A stretch of 64,000 nt of DNA from an uncultured Rikenellaceae bacterium (GTDB lineage Bacteria > Bacteroidota > Bacteroidia > Bacteroidales > VadinHA17): assembly GCA_964507015.1 (NCBI GenBank), contig CAZDOM010000005.1:3654-67653 (forward strand), given 5' to 3'. Under the pieces are notes generated by a model, which saw nothing but the letters and a program-made list of their open reading frames with translations, was not told where the DNA came from and searched no databases. Each line of letters begins with the position of its first letter. Positions within the stretch are counted from its first letter, which is position 1. Positions 42,677 through 51,580 of this stretch are shown here, piece by piece. Position numbers and translations under genes: made by a program.

Positions 42677-43444
42677 TTATTCTTCAAGGTCAATACTCAA
42701 ACCATCATAGGCAAGAATAATACCGGGAGGTAGTTCCCGGGATACCTGTTCATGTAATCCCATCTGGTGGCTGATATGAGTTAAAAATGCCTTTTTTGGT
42801 GATATTTCCCGCACAAAATCAATTGCTTCCCGCAGATTAAAATGCGAAATATGATTTTCTTTTCTCAATGCATTAATAACCATATATTTAACCCCAACAA
42901 GTTTTTCCTTACTCTCCTCAGGTATATAGTTAGCATCTGTTATATATGCAAAATTACCTGCCCGGAATCCATAAATCTCAAGATCCAGGTGTCGTACCCT
43001 TACAGGAATTATATTTACATTCTTGATTTTAAATTCAAAGGGAGGAATTTTATTGAGTCTTATTTTAGGTACACCAGGATATTTTTTTTCTGAAAACACA
43101 TATGCGAATTCTCTTTTTACAGCTTCCTGTACCCTCTCCTCGGCATAAACATCTATTGCATCCTGGCTTTTATAATTAAAAGCCCTTACATCATCCATAC
43201 CTGCAATATGGTCCTTGTGTTCATGTGTCAGTAGTATGGCATCCAGCTTTTTTACATTTTCCCTGAGCATTTGCTGACGGAAATCGGGCCCGGCATCAAA
43301 CAGAAGAACAGTACTACCTGCTTCAAGCAGCAGTGATGTTCTCAATCTCTTATCGCGCTGATCCTTTGACAGACAAGTAGCGCAATCACATGCAATAACC
43401 GGAACACCCTGTGATGTACCCGTTCCGAGAAAGGTTATTTTCAC
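42677..43444 (-). CDS. MBL-fold metallo-hydrolase (PhnP-like)
   Basis: FLGTGTSQGVP, Cys cluster C.C..C, and HxHxDH motif THEHKDH; GTG start. Confidence 0.8.
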   Translation of the reverse strand: MKITFLGTGTSQGVPVIACDCATCLSKDQRDKRLRTSLLLEAGSTVLLFDAGPDFRQQMLRENVKKLDAILLTHEHKDHIAGMDDVRAFNYKSQDAIDVYAEERVQEAVKREFAYVFSEKKYPGVPKIRLNKIPPFEFKIKNVNIIPVRVRHLDLEIYGFRAGNFAYITDANYIPEESKEKLVGVKYMVINALRKENHISHFNLREAIDFVREISPKKAFLTHISHQMGLHEQVSRELPPGIILAYDGLSIDLEE

Positions 43445-43530
43445 TATAGCAACAATTTGCCGGTAAACCTATATTAAAATTATAAATCAGGCAACAGTAA
43501 AAGCATTTTTATTAAACAGTGTTTATTTGT

Positions 43531-43538
43531 TATATTTG
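43531..43538 (+). promoter_or_regulatory. TAnnTTTG -7 element upstream of the methyltransferase gene
   Basis: tatatttg lies 17 nt upstream of the GTG at 43555. The motif falls inside the longer track ORF (start 43519), which argues for the shorter start. Confidence 0.45.
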
Positions 43539-43554
43539 GTACAAACATATTAGT

Positions 43555-44259
43555 GTGAAAGGAAGGATCTGGCTTATACCCGTTACACTCGGCAGCGAAG
43601 ATTATGAAAATGTTATCCCTGCCGGAGCACTTACTGTTGCAAGGCAACTAAGGTATTTCATTGTGGAAAACCTGCGCAGTGCCAGGAGATTTTTAAGACT
43701 TATTGACAAAGATTTCCCAATAAATGAATCTCACTTTTATGAACTTAACAAGCATACTCCTGATAGCGAAATAACTACCTTCCTTAAACCGCTTCTTGAA
43801 GGTAATGATATTGGTTTGATGAGTGAAGCAGGGCTTCCCGGGATTGCAGATCCAGGAGCAAAAATAGTTGCTGCAGCACACCGGAGAAGAATTATTGTTA
43901 CGCCACTTGCCGGTCCATCCTCGATTATTATGGCCCTGATTGCATCCGGCATGAATGGCCAGAATTTTACATTCAACGGATATCTTCCTGTTAAACCTGC
44001 TGAAAGAGCAGCAAAATTAAGGGAGCTGGAGAAAAAAACCAATGAAGGATTTTCACAGATCTTCATGGAAACACCCTACAGAAACCAGGTTATGCTAGAT
44101 TCAATTCTCGAGGTATGCAATCAAAACATCCTGTTGTGTATTGCTGCAGATATAACATTGCCTTCCGAATTTATACTGACAATGAAGATACGGGATTGGA
44201 AGAATGAGATACCTGATCTTAAGAACAGACCTGTAATCTTTGTGTTACAAAAAATCTGA
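43555..44259 (+). CDS. SAM-dependent methyltransferase, tetrapyrrole-methylase superfamily (RsmI-like)
   Basis: LMSEAGLPGIADPG resembles the RsmI SDAGTPGISDPG motif; about 235 aa. The start is uncertain (43519 or 43555). Confidence 0.65.
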   Translation: MKGRIWLIPVTLGSEDYENVIPAGALTVARQLRYFIVENLRSARRFLRLIDKDFPINESHFYELNKHTPDSEITTFLKPLLEGNDIGLMSEAGLPGIADPGAKIVAAAHRRRIIVTPLAGPSSIIMALIASGMNGQNFTFNGYLPVKPAERAAKLRELEKKTNEGFSQIFMETPYRNQVMLDSILEVCNQNILLCIAADITLPSEFILTMKIRDWKNEIPDLKNRPVIFVLQKI

Positions 44260-44265
44260 GAAAGC

Positions 44266-44751
44266 TCAGGGGCCTTGAATAACCTTCACAAGATGAGCTT
44301 CAAAAAGTATCGGCGTATAGGCCGGGAAATACCAGCCACTCTGGCCATAGCCAAGATATGAAGGGACAAGGATAAGTGATTTGCCTCCCTCACTCATATA
44401 TGAAACACCCTCATCAAATCCTTCAATAAGATAACCTTCACGAACAGGAGCTATAAGAGTATCAGTTGATCCGACATTTGTATCAAATGTATTGCCATTC
44501 AGATACTTGGCTGTGTAGAATATAAAAGCAGTATCATGTACTTCCACGGCAGGTCCGGTTCCTGCAAGTGTTTCCAGATAATATAATCCACTTGATTTAT
44601 TAACCCAGTCCTGGTCGGAATGTTTTGCAAGGTAATCAAGTATCAGCTGCTCCTCTTCTTTTTCATATTTTTTTGTTGACATACAAGAGGTTACAAATAA
44701 TATTATAAGGCTTGTAAATAGTATAATTTTAGTCTTACAGGGGTTTATCAT
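44266..44751 (-). CDS. FKBP-type peptidyl-prolyl isomerase, lipoprotein
   Basis: Leader ending TSC. FKBP core Y.....G..FD......I.GF.EG...M..GGK....P..LGYG. Confidence 0.8.
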   Translation of the reverse strand: MINPCKTKIILFTSLIILFVTSCMSTKKYEKEEEQLILDYLAKHSDQDWVNKSSGLYYLETLAGTGPAVEVHDTAFIFYTAKYLNGNTFDTNVGSTDTLIAPVREGYLIEGFDEGVSYMSEGGKSLILVPSYLGYGQSGWYFPAYTPILFEAHLVKVIQGP

Positions 44752-44804
44752 GGTAATTAAATTAGTTAATTCCGGTACAACAAAAATCGTTCCATAGACT
44801 ATTT

Positions 44805-45317
44805 TTATTTACGGATTGAAACATTATAAATGATTATTGCACGCGAAGGAATCTTTCTGCCATCTCCTGTTAATCCATAAGCCAGAAAAGGGGGCAGAAT
44901 AAAAGTCGCCTCACCTCCCTGTTTAAGTAGTCTGAGTCCCTGATCCAATCCTGCCGGCATTTCACTACGTCCTAAAATAAGTTCCTTCGGGCCCGATTCC
45001 TGAGATGAATAGCAAAAGGTGCCATCAAGCAATAAACACTCATAATCCATTACTATCCTGTCATTATCTGTAAAATATGTACCTATACCTTCAGATGTAA
45101 TTAAATACCACAATCCCGACTCTGATTCAGTCATTTCGAATCCTTTTCTTTCTATATAATTTTGTATCCTCTCCCTGTCTTTCTGAACCATATATTTATT
45201 AAGTTCAGCCATTTCGTTTTTCCCTGGTCCTGACTTACTATCCATCCTATCATGCCCTGAATTGCATGAGATCATTCCCGGAAACAATAATATAAAAAGA
45301 AGCGATTTTATCTTCAT
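44805..45317 (-). CDS. FKBP-type peptidyl-prolyl isomerase, lipoprotein
   Basis: Leader ending ISC. The C-terminal half (GLDQGLRLLKQGGEATFILPPFLAYG) is FKBP-like. Confidence 0.7.
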   Translation of the reverse strand: MKIKSLLFILLFPGMISCNSGHDRMDSKSGPGKNEMAELNKYMVQKDRERIQNYIERKGFEMTESESGLWYLITSEGIGTYFTDNDRIVMDYECLLLDGTFCYSSQESGPKELILGRSEMPAGLDQGLRLLKQGGEATFILPPFLAYGLTGDGRKIPSRAIIIYNVSIRK

Positions 45318-45323
45318 TACGCT

Positions 45324-46343
45324 TTATTGGGAAAATTCCTGGTAAAACTCCTTCAGTGTTTTAAGGAAATAGACAATTGTATTATCAAGCGTATCATGAT
45401 GGTCTCCTCCGGAAGCATTCAGATGACCTCCTCCTGAGAAATATCTCGATGCAAACTTATTGGCGGGGAAGTCACCCTTTGACCGGAATGACATCTTAAT
45501 AAATCCCTCTTTTTCAATAAATAATGCTGTGAAGATTATTCCTTTAATTGAAAGAGGAAGATTAACAAAACCTTCTGAGTCACCCTTTATATATTCATAA
45601 GAGGCAAGATCATTCTTTGTAAGGTACAAATATGCTGTCTGAAATTCAGGTATAACCGTTAATCGTTGATTAAGGACAAATCCCTGGAGTCTCATTCTAC
45701 TGGCTGAAAAATTATTATAGATAAGATCGAGTATTTTCTCTTTTTTAATTCCTATATCGATCATATCAGCAACCATCCTTAGAGTATCACCTGTATAATT
45801 TCCATGTTCAAAGTTACCCGTATCTGTTACAGTTCCCACATAAAGTGCTTCTGCATATGGTATATTACGGAACTCTCCTCCATTCATTTCCTTAACCAGG
45901 TTATAAATAAGCTCTGAGGTTGAACATTTCGAAGATTCTGATATCAGAAGATTGGCGAAATCATGTGGATCAAGATGATGATCGATGACAACCTTAAAGG
46001 CTTTTGAAGCTAAAACCGGTTTTTCGGCTTCACCCAGCCTGTCTGGCTGGTTGAAATCCAACATTACTATTAGATCTGCTTCTTCGATGAGTTTTCTACA
46101 TCTTTTCCTGTGTTTTATGAAAACCTCTATCCTATCGGATCCATTCATCCATTTAAGGAACTCCTGGAGATTATTAGGGGTCATCATTGACACCTCTCTG
46201 CCTTTTGAGCTAAGATAATGATATAGAGCAAGTTGTGAACCAATGGCATCGCCATCAGGATTAATATGGGATATCAGCAAAATATTTTTGCTGGTTGAAA
46301 AAAGATTTGATAATTCCTTTGTATATTTAGATAAATCTGCCAC
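45324..46343 (-). CDS. nrnA: DHH/DHHA1 phosphoesterase (NrnA-like oligoribonuclease / pAp phosphatase)
   Basis: SHINPDGDAIGS, DHH (VIDHH) and GGGH motifs; GTG start. Confidence 0.8.
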   Translation of the reverse strand: MADLSKYTKELSNLFSTSKNILLISHINPDGDAIGSQLALYHYLSSKGREVSMMTPNNLQEFLKWMNGSDRIEVFIKHRKRCRKLIEEADLIVMLDFNQPDRLGEAEKPVLASKAFKVVIDHHLDPHDFANLLISESSKCSTSELIYNLVKEMNGGEFRNIPYAEALYVGTVTDTGNFEHGNYTGDTLRMVADMIDIGIKKEKILDLIYNNFSASRMRLQGFVLNQRLTVIPEFQTAYLYLTKNDLASYEYIKGDSEGFVNLPLSIKGIIFTALFIEKEGFIKMSFRSKGDFPANKFASRYFSGGGHLNASGGDHHDTLDNTIVYFLKTLKEFYQEFSQ

Positions 46344-46428
46344 TTTTGCTGCTGTTTATTAAGGGGGGTAAAGATAATCAATATTCCTGAGGTGACCCTC
46401 CTGATGTTTAAATAGAAAACAATGACAA

Positions 46429-46851
46429 ATGAACGGTAATATTACATTATCCATTATAAAACCAAACTCAGTAAGGACCGGCAAGACAGGACCTATCCTA
46501 TCAATGATCAACGAGGGTGGATTTGAGATTGTTGCATTGAAAATGCTAAGGATGACTACAGAGCAGGCCGAATCATTTTATGAGGTCCACCGGGGCAAAC
46601 CATTTTTTGAGAGTCTTGTTGAATTCATGACTTCCGGACCGGTATTTGTGATGATGTTAAGACATGAAAACGCGGTTGAAGAATTCAGAAAATTAATAGG
46701 TTCTACAGATCCTGCAAAGGCTGAGTCTGGCACTATCAGGAAATTATACGCTGTCTCCGTTCAGATGAATGCAATTCATGGTTCTGACAGTGATGAAAAT
46801 GCAACAAGAGAATCTGATTTCTTCTTCTCAAATATCGAAAGATTCCTGTAA
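46429..46851 (+). CDS. ndk: Nucleoside-diphosphate kinase
   Basis: TLSIIKPN..., GP, ...IRK.Y......NAIHGSDS (catalytic His). Confidence 0.92.
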   Translation: MNGNITLSIIKPNSVRTGKTGPILSMINEGGFEIVALKMLRMTTEQAESFYEVHRGKPFFESLVEFMTSGPVFVMMLRHENAVEEFRKLIGSTDPAKAESGTIRKLYAVSVQMNAIHGSDSDENATRESDFFFSNIERFL

Positions 46852-46856
46852 CAAAT

Positions 46857-48605
46857 ATGGGTCAAGAAATAATAACAGACTTTTCTGACAGGAAAATCCT
46901 GGAAAAGTACTCATCCGCATTTACTCTCTCCGATATGGAGATCTTTATATTCCCGGAGCTGTTTTACCCTCTGGTTCTGGCAAATATTATCTCACCCTTA
47001 ATCTGGGAATGGAGAAATGATCCCTGGTTTAAAAACATTGATAAAAAAAGCTTCAACTATAAAGTTAACAGGATCAAGCAGTTCATTATTCAAAATTATA
47101 TTTTCAACCTTGACCTTGCAACATGGGGTCTCACTACAAAAAGCAGGGAACTGGAAAGGTTCAGGGATATTTTTGATATGGAGCTTCTCAGTCAGTCAAA
47201 TGCTCTGTTCGGGTATGAGGGGGATAAATACTATTTTGATATAGATATAAGGAAGCACTTCGGGCTGGATAAATATGATTCGGATATTATCCCTTACTGG
47301 AAGACAGAGACCATAGAAGCCATGACGGCTTTCAGGCAAAAGAGTAACTTCATTACCGGAGCAGGAGAATGTGTTTCACTTTCAGCACTATATGCTGCAG
47401 CAATGTTTGTGATCGGGCGTATTCCTCTTGAAAAAATCTTTTTGATTGCCACCCCGCTTCATTCACAAAATTTCATTACAGAAAAAGAGGGACTGATCAC
47501 CAATAACAGGAGAATAGTTACAAAGAATATGTGGTTTAACGGGACATCCCTCTCAGAAAAAGCCCGGAGAGCTCTTGAAAATGAGAAAGTAACGATAGTG
47601 TCTCATATATCAGGTTATATTCATGTAATAAATAATGATGCCACAATAGACCGGGAAGCATACAGTCACTTTGCTACCTGTCTCAGGAAATTTCTTGTTA
47701 CTGATCTGACCAACCTTATTTTCATCAACTTCCTAAGATTCAAGCCAAACTTTAAAACTCTGTTCCAGTTTGAGTGTGAATGCTCAGGTAAAAAGAGATA
47801 TATTGCCCTTGAGAAAATGTTCGAGTACGAGCATACTTCAAAATTCAATCTATCAGCAGAAACCAGGGCTCAACTCATTATTGAGATAGAGGGAGATGAA
47901 TTTCATCTGAGTCCGTTACCGGATAAGATGCTCCTGAACTATGTGGAAAAGATAATTGAAGATAACCCGGGTAAAAATTTGGATACTATTGAGGATCTGA
48001 TAGTTAAATATAACCAATCTGTTCCCCGGGAAACGATAAAGGAGATGTTTACCGAACTCAAAGCCTTTATTCACACTGATCCAAGGCTGCCGGATGAAAA
48101 TAAGAACTTCGTTGATAGCATTGTCCCGGATATTTCCATCGATGACACCAGGGAAAAGATAACAGGTTCAATAATAGAGACCAGTGATAAGTCAGAGCTT
48201 TCATGTTTAACATTATATGTATACAGGCAGATGGATAAAATCGACTGGCTCCCTTTCATTAAGGCAGCCATTGAGCGTAATCCTGTCTGTTTCAATGAGC
48301 TGAAAGGTAAAAATATTCAGGAAGTCTATGATATTCTTAGCGAGATCCCTAACGTATCAATATATGACGGACCGAGGTTTGCCCTACCGGATGAGGTATG
48401 GAATTTCAGATGCGGTGATGGTATTGAAAAAGCGCTTCTGCTGGCTGATCTTATAATAAACAGGGATAATAAGGCTGAGGTAATAATCGAGATCCGGAAT
48501 AATACAGTTGTCCTGAAATATAACCACCAGGATTTTGAATTTGTATCGTTTAAATCGTTTAAGAAATTAATTAAGATTACAGGTGGTTCTTATATAATTT
48601 CTTAG
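46857..48605 (+). CDS. Uncharacterised 582-aa cytoplasmic protein, possibly a transglutaminase-like or papain-like thiol fold
   Basis: Long clean ORF starting 5 nt after ndk. GAGECVSLSALYAAAMF (Cys172), then H202, then N216/N217, at a spacing reminiscent of a Cys-His-Asn/Asp triad. A second C-containing motif, RCGDGIEKALLLADL, lies near the C-terminus. Confidence 0.6.
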   Translation: MGQEIITDFSDRKILEKYSSAFTLSDMEIFIFPELFYPLVLANIISPLIWEWRNDPWFKNIDKKSFNYKVNRIKQFIIQNYIFNLDLATWGLTTKSRELERFRDIFDMELLSQSNALFGYEGDKYYFDIDIRKHFGLDKYDSDIIPYWKTETIEAMTAFRQKSNFITGAGECVSLSALYAAAMFVIGRIPLEKIFLIATPLHSQNFITEKEGLITNNRRIVTKNMWFNGTSLSEKARRALENEKVTIVSHISGYIHVINNDATIDREAYSHFATCLRKFLVTDLTNLIFINFLRFKPNFKTLFQFECECSGKKRYIALEKMFEYEHTSKFNLSAETRAQLIIEIEGDEFHLSPLPDKMLLNYVEKIIEDNPGKNLDTIEDLIVKYNQSVPRETIKEMFTELKAFIHTDPRLPDENKNFVDSIVPDISIDDTREKITGSIIETSDKSELSCLTLYVYRQMDKIDWLPFIKAAIERNPVCFNELKGKNIQEVYDILSEIPNVSIYDGPRFALPDEVWNFRCGDGIEKALLLADLIINRDNKAEVIIEIRNNTVVLKYNHQDFEFVSFKSFKKLIKITGGSYIIS

Positions 48606-48733
48606 TTACACAGAGATTCACCGAGAAGACACTGAGTGCCACTGAGTCAGCATGCGTTAAAACTCCGGCTGATAAAGATACGGATACATATATCTTTAAA
48701 ACCCCAGGTCCCGCTGACGCGCAAGGTTGGGGG

Positions 48734-49024
48734 TCATCTCAGGACTATATCCGTTATAACTTCACTGCCTGCTTTTTCGTTGAGCTTGTCTTTCAGTGTT
48801 TCCCTCAGCATCAGCAGTTCGTTTCTGACAACAGAGGAGTTAAGATGCACATACAATACCCGGTTTTTTATGTAGATCTTTGTAGTTCGTGACGCAATTG
48901 CTTTACCTACAGTTTCTTCCCATGAGTTTATAAGATGTACTTCATTCAGTTTACCTTCGAGATTCATCTCTTTGATATAATCCTTCATGGCTTCAGCCAG
49001 CGATATGGTCTTGCTGCGTCTCAT
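48734..49024 (-). CDS. DUF721 (DciA-like) protein
   Basis: 96 aa, overlaps the recF stop by 4 nt. Its position after recF and the pattern W...VG..IA..T....I.N..L.V...S.....EL match DUF721. Confidence 0.65.
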   Translation of the reverse strand: MRRSKTISLAEAMKDYIKEMNLEGKLNEVHLINSWEETVGKAIASRTTKIYIKNRVLYVHLNSSVVRNELLMLRETLKDKLNEKAGSEVITDIVLR

Positions 49025-50148
49025 TTTCCGGATTTCCCGTTTTCAATTATTTCCTCTATCGAATTGTTATTTATTCTGAACAGCTTATAATCTGTCCTGT
49101 GCGAGGTTAGTATCTCATGAAGACGGCTCTGGTGAGTATCAGTTATAAATATCTGTCCGAAATGATGATTCCCCACAAGCTTTATTATCTGTTCAACACG
49201 TTCAGCATCAAATTTATCAAAAATATCATCGAGTAAAAGAATAGGCGGATAGCCCGATTTACCTTTTATATAGTCAAATTTTGCCAGCTTCAGTGCAACA
49301 AGAAAAGTCTTCTGCTGACCCTGTGAACCAAGCGATTTAACCTGATAATCATTCATTTCAAAAATCAGATCATCCTTATGTATACCCACACTTGTGTATT
49401 CAAGAAAACGATCCCTTTTTACAGAATTTATAAGTGCTTCGGTAAAATCGCCTTCTGACAGGTGAGACCTGTATGAAAGCCTTACTCTCTCCTTTTCTGA
49501 TGAAATCATAGAATACCTATCCTGAAAAACTGGTATCAATTCACTCACCAGTGCTTCTCTTGCTTTGAAAATATATGTTCCGTATTTTACCAATTGGGAA
49601 TCCCAGATTAATAATGTATCCTTATCATAACCACCTGTTGAACCGAAATCTTTTAGGAGCCTGTTCCTTTGCTGAAGGGCTTTATTGTACTTCAGCACTG
49701 AATCGAGGTATTCAGCATCGTACTGACTTATAATCTTATTCAGAAACTTACGCCTCTCCTCACTACCTTCCAAAACAAGTGCACTGTCAGCAGGCGAGAT
49801 CATCACCACCGGGTATTTACCAATATGATCTGAGAGCTTCCGGTACTCTTTGCTATTCTTCTTTAAAACCTTTGGCTTTAATTTCTGAAATGCACAATAG
49901 ATAGGAACTTCCTCTTCATCCCTTACAAAAGTTCCGTTGATAATAAAAAACTCCTCTCCATGGCGAATGTTTATACTGTCGATATTATTAAAAAAGCTCT
50001 TTGTAAGTGACAGGTAGTGTATGGCATCCAGTATATTTGTCTTACCAACCCCATTATTTCCCACAATACAGTTGATTTTTGGCGAAAATTCAAGGTCAGC
50101 CTGATAGTAGTTTTTGAAATTGGTGAGGGATAATTTTCTAAGATACAT
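49021..50148 (-). CDS. recF: DNA replication and repair protein RecF
   Basis: L.L.NFKNY, GNNGVGKTNILDAI Walker A, SQGQQKT signature, LLLDDIF Walker B. Confidence 0.93.
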   Translation of the reverse strand: MYLRKLSLTNFKNYYQADLEFSPKINCIVGNNGVGKTNILDAIHYLSLTKSFFNNIDSINIRHGEEFFIINGTFVRDEEEVPIYCAFQKLKPKVLKKNSKEYRKLSDHIGKYPVVMISPADSALVLEGSEERRKFLNKIISQYDAEYLDSVLKYNKALQQRNRLLKDFGSTGGYDKDTLLIWDSQLVKYGTYIFKAREALVSELIPVFQDRYSMISSEKERVRLSYRSHLSEGDFTEALINSVKRDRFLEYTSVGIHKDDLIFEMNDYQVKSLGSQGQQKTFLVALKLAKFDYIKGKSGYPPILLLDDIFDKFDAERVEQIIKLVGNHHFGQIFITDTHQSRLHEILTSHRTDYKLFRINNNSIEEIIENGKSGK

Positions 50149-50154
50149 ATTTAC

Positions 50155-50202
50155 GGTGTAAAGGTGTAAAGGCGTTAAGGCGATAAGGCATTAAGGTTAA
50201 TG
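50155..50202. repeat. Six phased octamer repeats (GGYRWWAA) immediately upstream of the recF start
   Basis: ggtgtaaa ggtgtaaa ggcgttaa ggcgataa ggcattaa ggttaatg; read directly from the sequence. Confidence 0.8.
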
Positions 50203-50226
50203 ATATATTATTCATAATATTGTTTA

Positions 50227-50234
50227 CAAAATTA
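50227..50234 (-). promoter_or_regulatory. TAnnTTTG -7 element upstream of recF
   Basis: The plus strand reads caaaatta, which is TAATTTTG on the minus strand, 79 nt upstream of the recF ATG. This would place the octamer repeats in the 5' UTR. Confidence 0.35.
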
Positions 50235-50352
50235 AAAAAAGATAGATTGAAATAATCATTATAATTATTTTATTGATAATCAATATATTGTGCATTGTGT
50301 TAATTCTTTCCCTTTTTTATAAGTAATTGTTTTAAAATAATTTGAAATAAAT

Positions 50353-50360
50353 TACTTTTG
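50353..50360 (+). promoter_or_regulatory. TAnnTTTG -7 element upstream of the TPR-like gene and ribH
   Basis: tacttttg lies 38 nt upstream of the ATG at 50398. Confidence 0.45.
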
Positions 50361-50397
50361 CGGTGGTAAAAATTAAAGTTGATTATTTATAACTGAT

Positions 50398-51084
50398 ATG
50401 GCTAAGAAGAAGAAGAAAGCAGATAGTTCTCAGGGGCTCAAGAATGTTGAGGAAACACTGACTAAAACAGAACAGTTTCTTGAACAGAATTACAAACCAT
50501 TAATATATGTTCTGGGTTTTATCGTTGTACTGGTAGGCCTTTTCTGGCTTGGGAAGATATATTTGATGAAAAGAAACAATGAAGCCCAGTCGCAGATGTA
50601 CCAGGCGGAAAGGTATCTGGAAATTGATTCAATTAACCTTGCATTATACGGTGATGGTAATTATCTCGGATTTTTAGATATTGCCGATGATTACAAATTT
50701 ACCAGGGCAGGTAACCTTGCCCGCTATGGTGCAGGAATATGTTTTCTTCACCTGGGCCAGTTTGAGGACGCTATTGATATGCTGGGAAAATATTCGAAGA
50801 AGGATAAAGTCATTGGTTCACTGGCTATAGGGGCCACAGGTGACGCATGGGTTGAGCTGGGTGATATTGACAAAGGCATATCAAAATATATCGAAGCTGC
50901 CGAATATGCAGATAATTCATTTAACACACCTCTTTTCCTTATGAAAGCCGGGGAGCTCTGTGAACTTGAGGCTAATTATAAAAAAGCTCTCGAGATTTAT
51001 GAAAGAATTCAATCTGATTATCCTGAAAGCACTGAAGGCTCTTCTATCGATAAATATATCGCCAGAGTTAAGCTTCTAATTTAG
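50398..51084 (+). CDS. Membrane-anchored TPR-like protein (YfgM-like architecture)
   Basis: Lys-rich N-terminus and a single TM helix ([17 protein letters not shown]), then a helical-repeat region. Its stop lies 4 nt before ribH. Confidence 0.6.
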   Translation: MAKKKKKADSSQGLKNVEETLTKTEQFLEQNYKPLIYVLGFIVVLVGLFWLGKIYLMKRNNEAQSQMYQAERYLEIDSINLALYGDGNYLGFLDIADDYKFTRAGNLARYGAGICFLHLGQFEDAIDMLGKYSKKDKVIGSLAIGATGDAWVELGDIDKGISKYIEAAEYADNSFNTPLFLMKAGELCELEANYKKALEIYERIQSDYPESTEGSSIDKYIARVKLLI

Positions 51085-51088
51085 TAAC

Positions 51089-51577
51089 ATGGGTACAACC
51101 AATCTTTCTGCATATAATCCGGATAGCATCCCTGATGCCGGTAGCATGAGGTTTGGGATTGTTGTATCAGACTGGAACAGTGATATTACAATACCACTTC
51201 TGGCCGGTGCTCAAAAAACCTTACAGAAGCATGGAGCCATAAGTGAAAATATTGTTGTAATACATGTTCCGGGCAGTTTCGAACTAACACATGGAGCAAT
51301 GCTGCTTGCTGAAAACATTGATCCTGACGCAGTTATTTGTCTTGGTTGTGTCATCAGGGGTGAAACTCCACATTTCACATTTATCTGCCAGGGAGTCACA
51401 CAGGGAATAACGAAGCTCAATATAGATTACAAAATACCCTTCATTTTCGGGGTACTTACAACTGACACACACCAGCAGGCTGCTGACAGATCAGGAGGGA
51501 AATATGGTAATAAGGGTGATGAAGCCGCAATAACAGCAATCAAGATGGCAGCCCTCAGGCAGGAAATGATCAAATAA
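51089..51577 (+). CDS. ribH: 6,7-dimethyl-8-ribityllumazine synthase
   Basis: [16 protein letters not shown]...L........V.VPGSFE......L......[15 protein letters not shown]....Q. Confidence 0.92.
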   Translation: MGTTNLSAYNPDSIPDAGSMRFGIVVSDWNSDITIPLLAGAQKTLQKHGAISENIVVIHVPGSFELTHGAMLLAENIDPDAVICLGCVIRGETPHFTFICQGVTQGITKLNIDYKIPFIFGVLTTDTHQQAADRSGGKYGNKGDEAAITAIKMAALRQEMIK

Positions 51578-51580
51578 TTT

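Noticed and set aside
50155-50202. Possibility that the short tandem repeats are CRISPR arrays (also 61917-61932 and 27701-27747)
   Set aside because: The units are 7-8 nt and directly abut each other with no spacers. No cas genes lie in the window. CRISPR repeats are 24-48 nt and are separated by unique spacers.
50149-50397. An FMN riboswitch upstream of ribH, plus other riboswitch or T-box leaders upstream of dapA, argS and folD
   Set aside because: ribH follows the TPR-like gene by 4 nt. The upstream gap is AT-rich and lacks the conserved GC-rich FMN-element helices. The other leaders are too short or featureless. I could not run a covariance-model scan.
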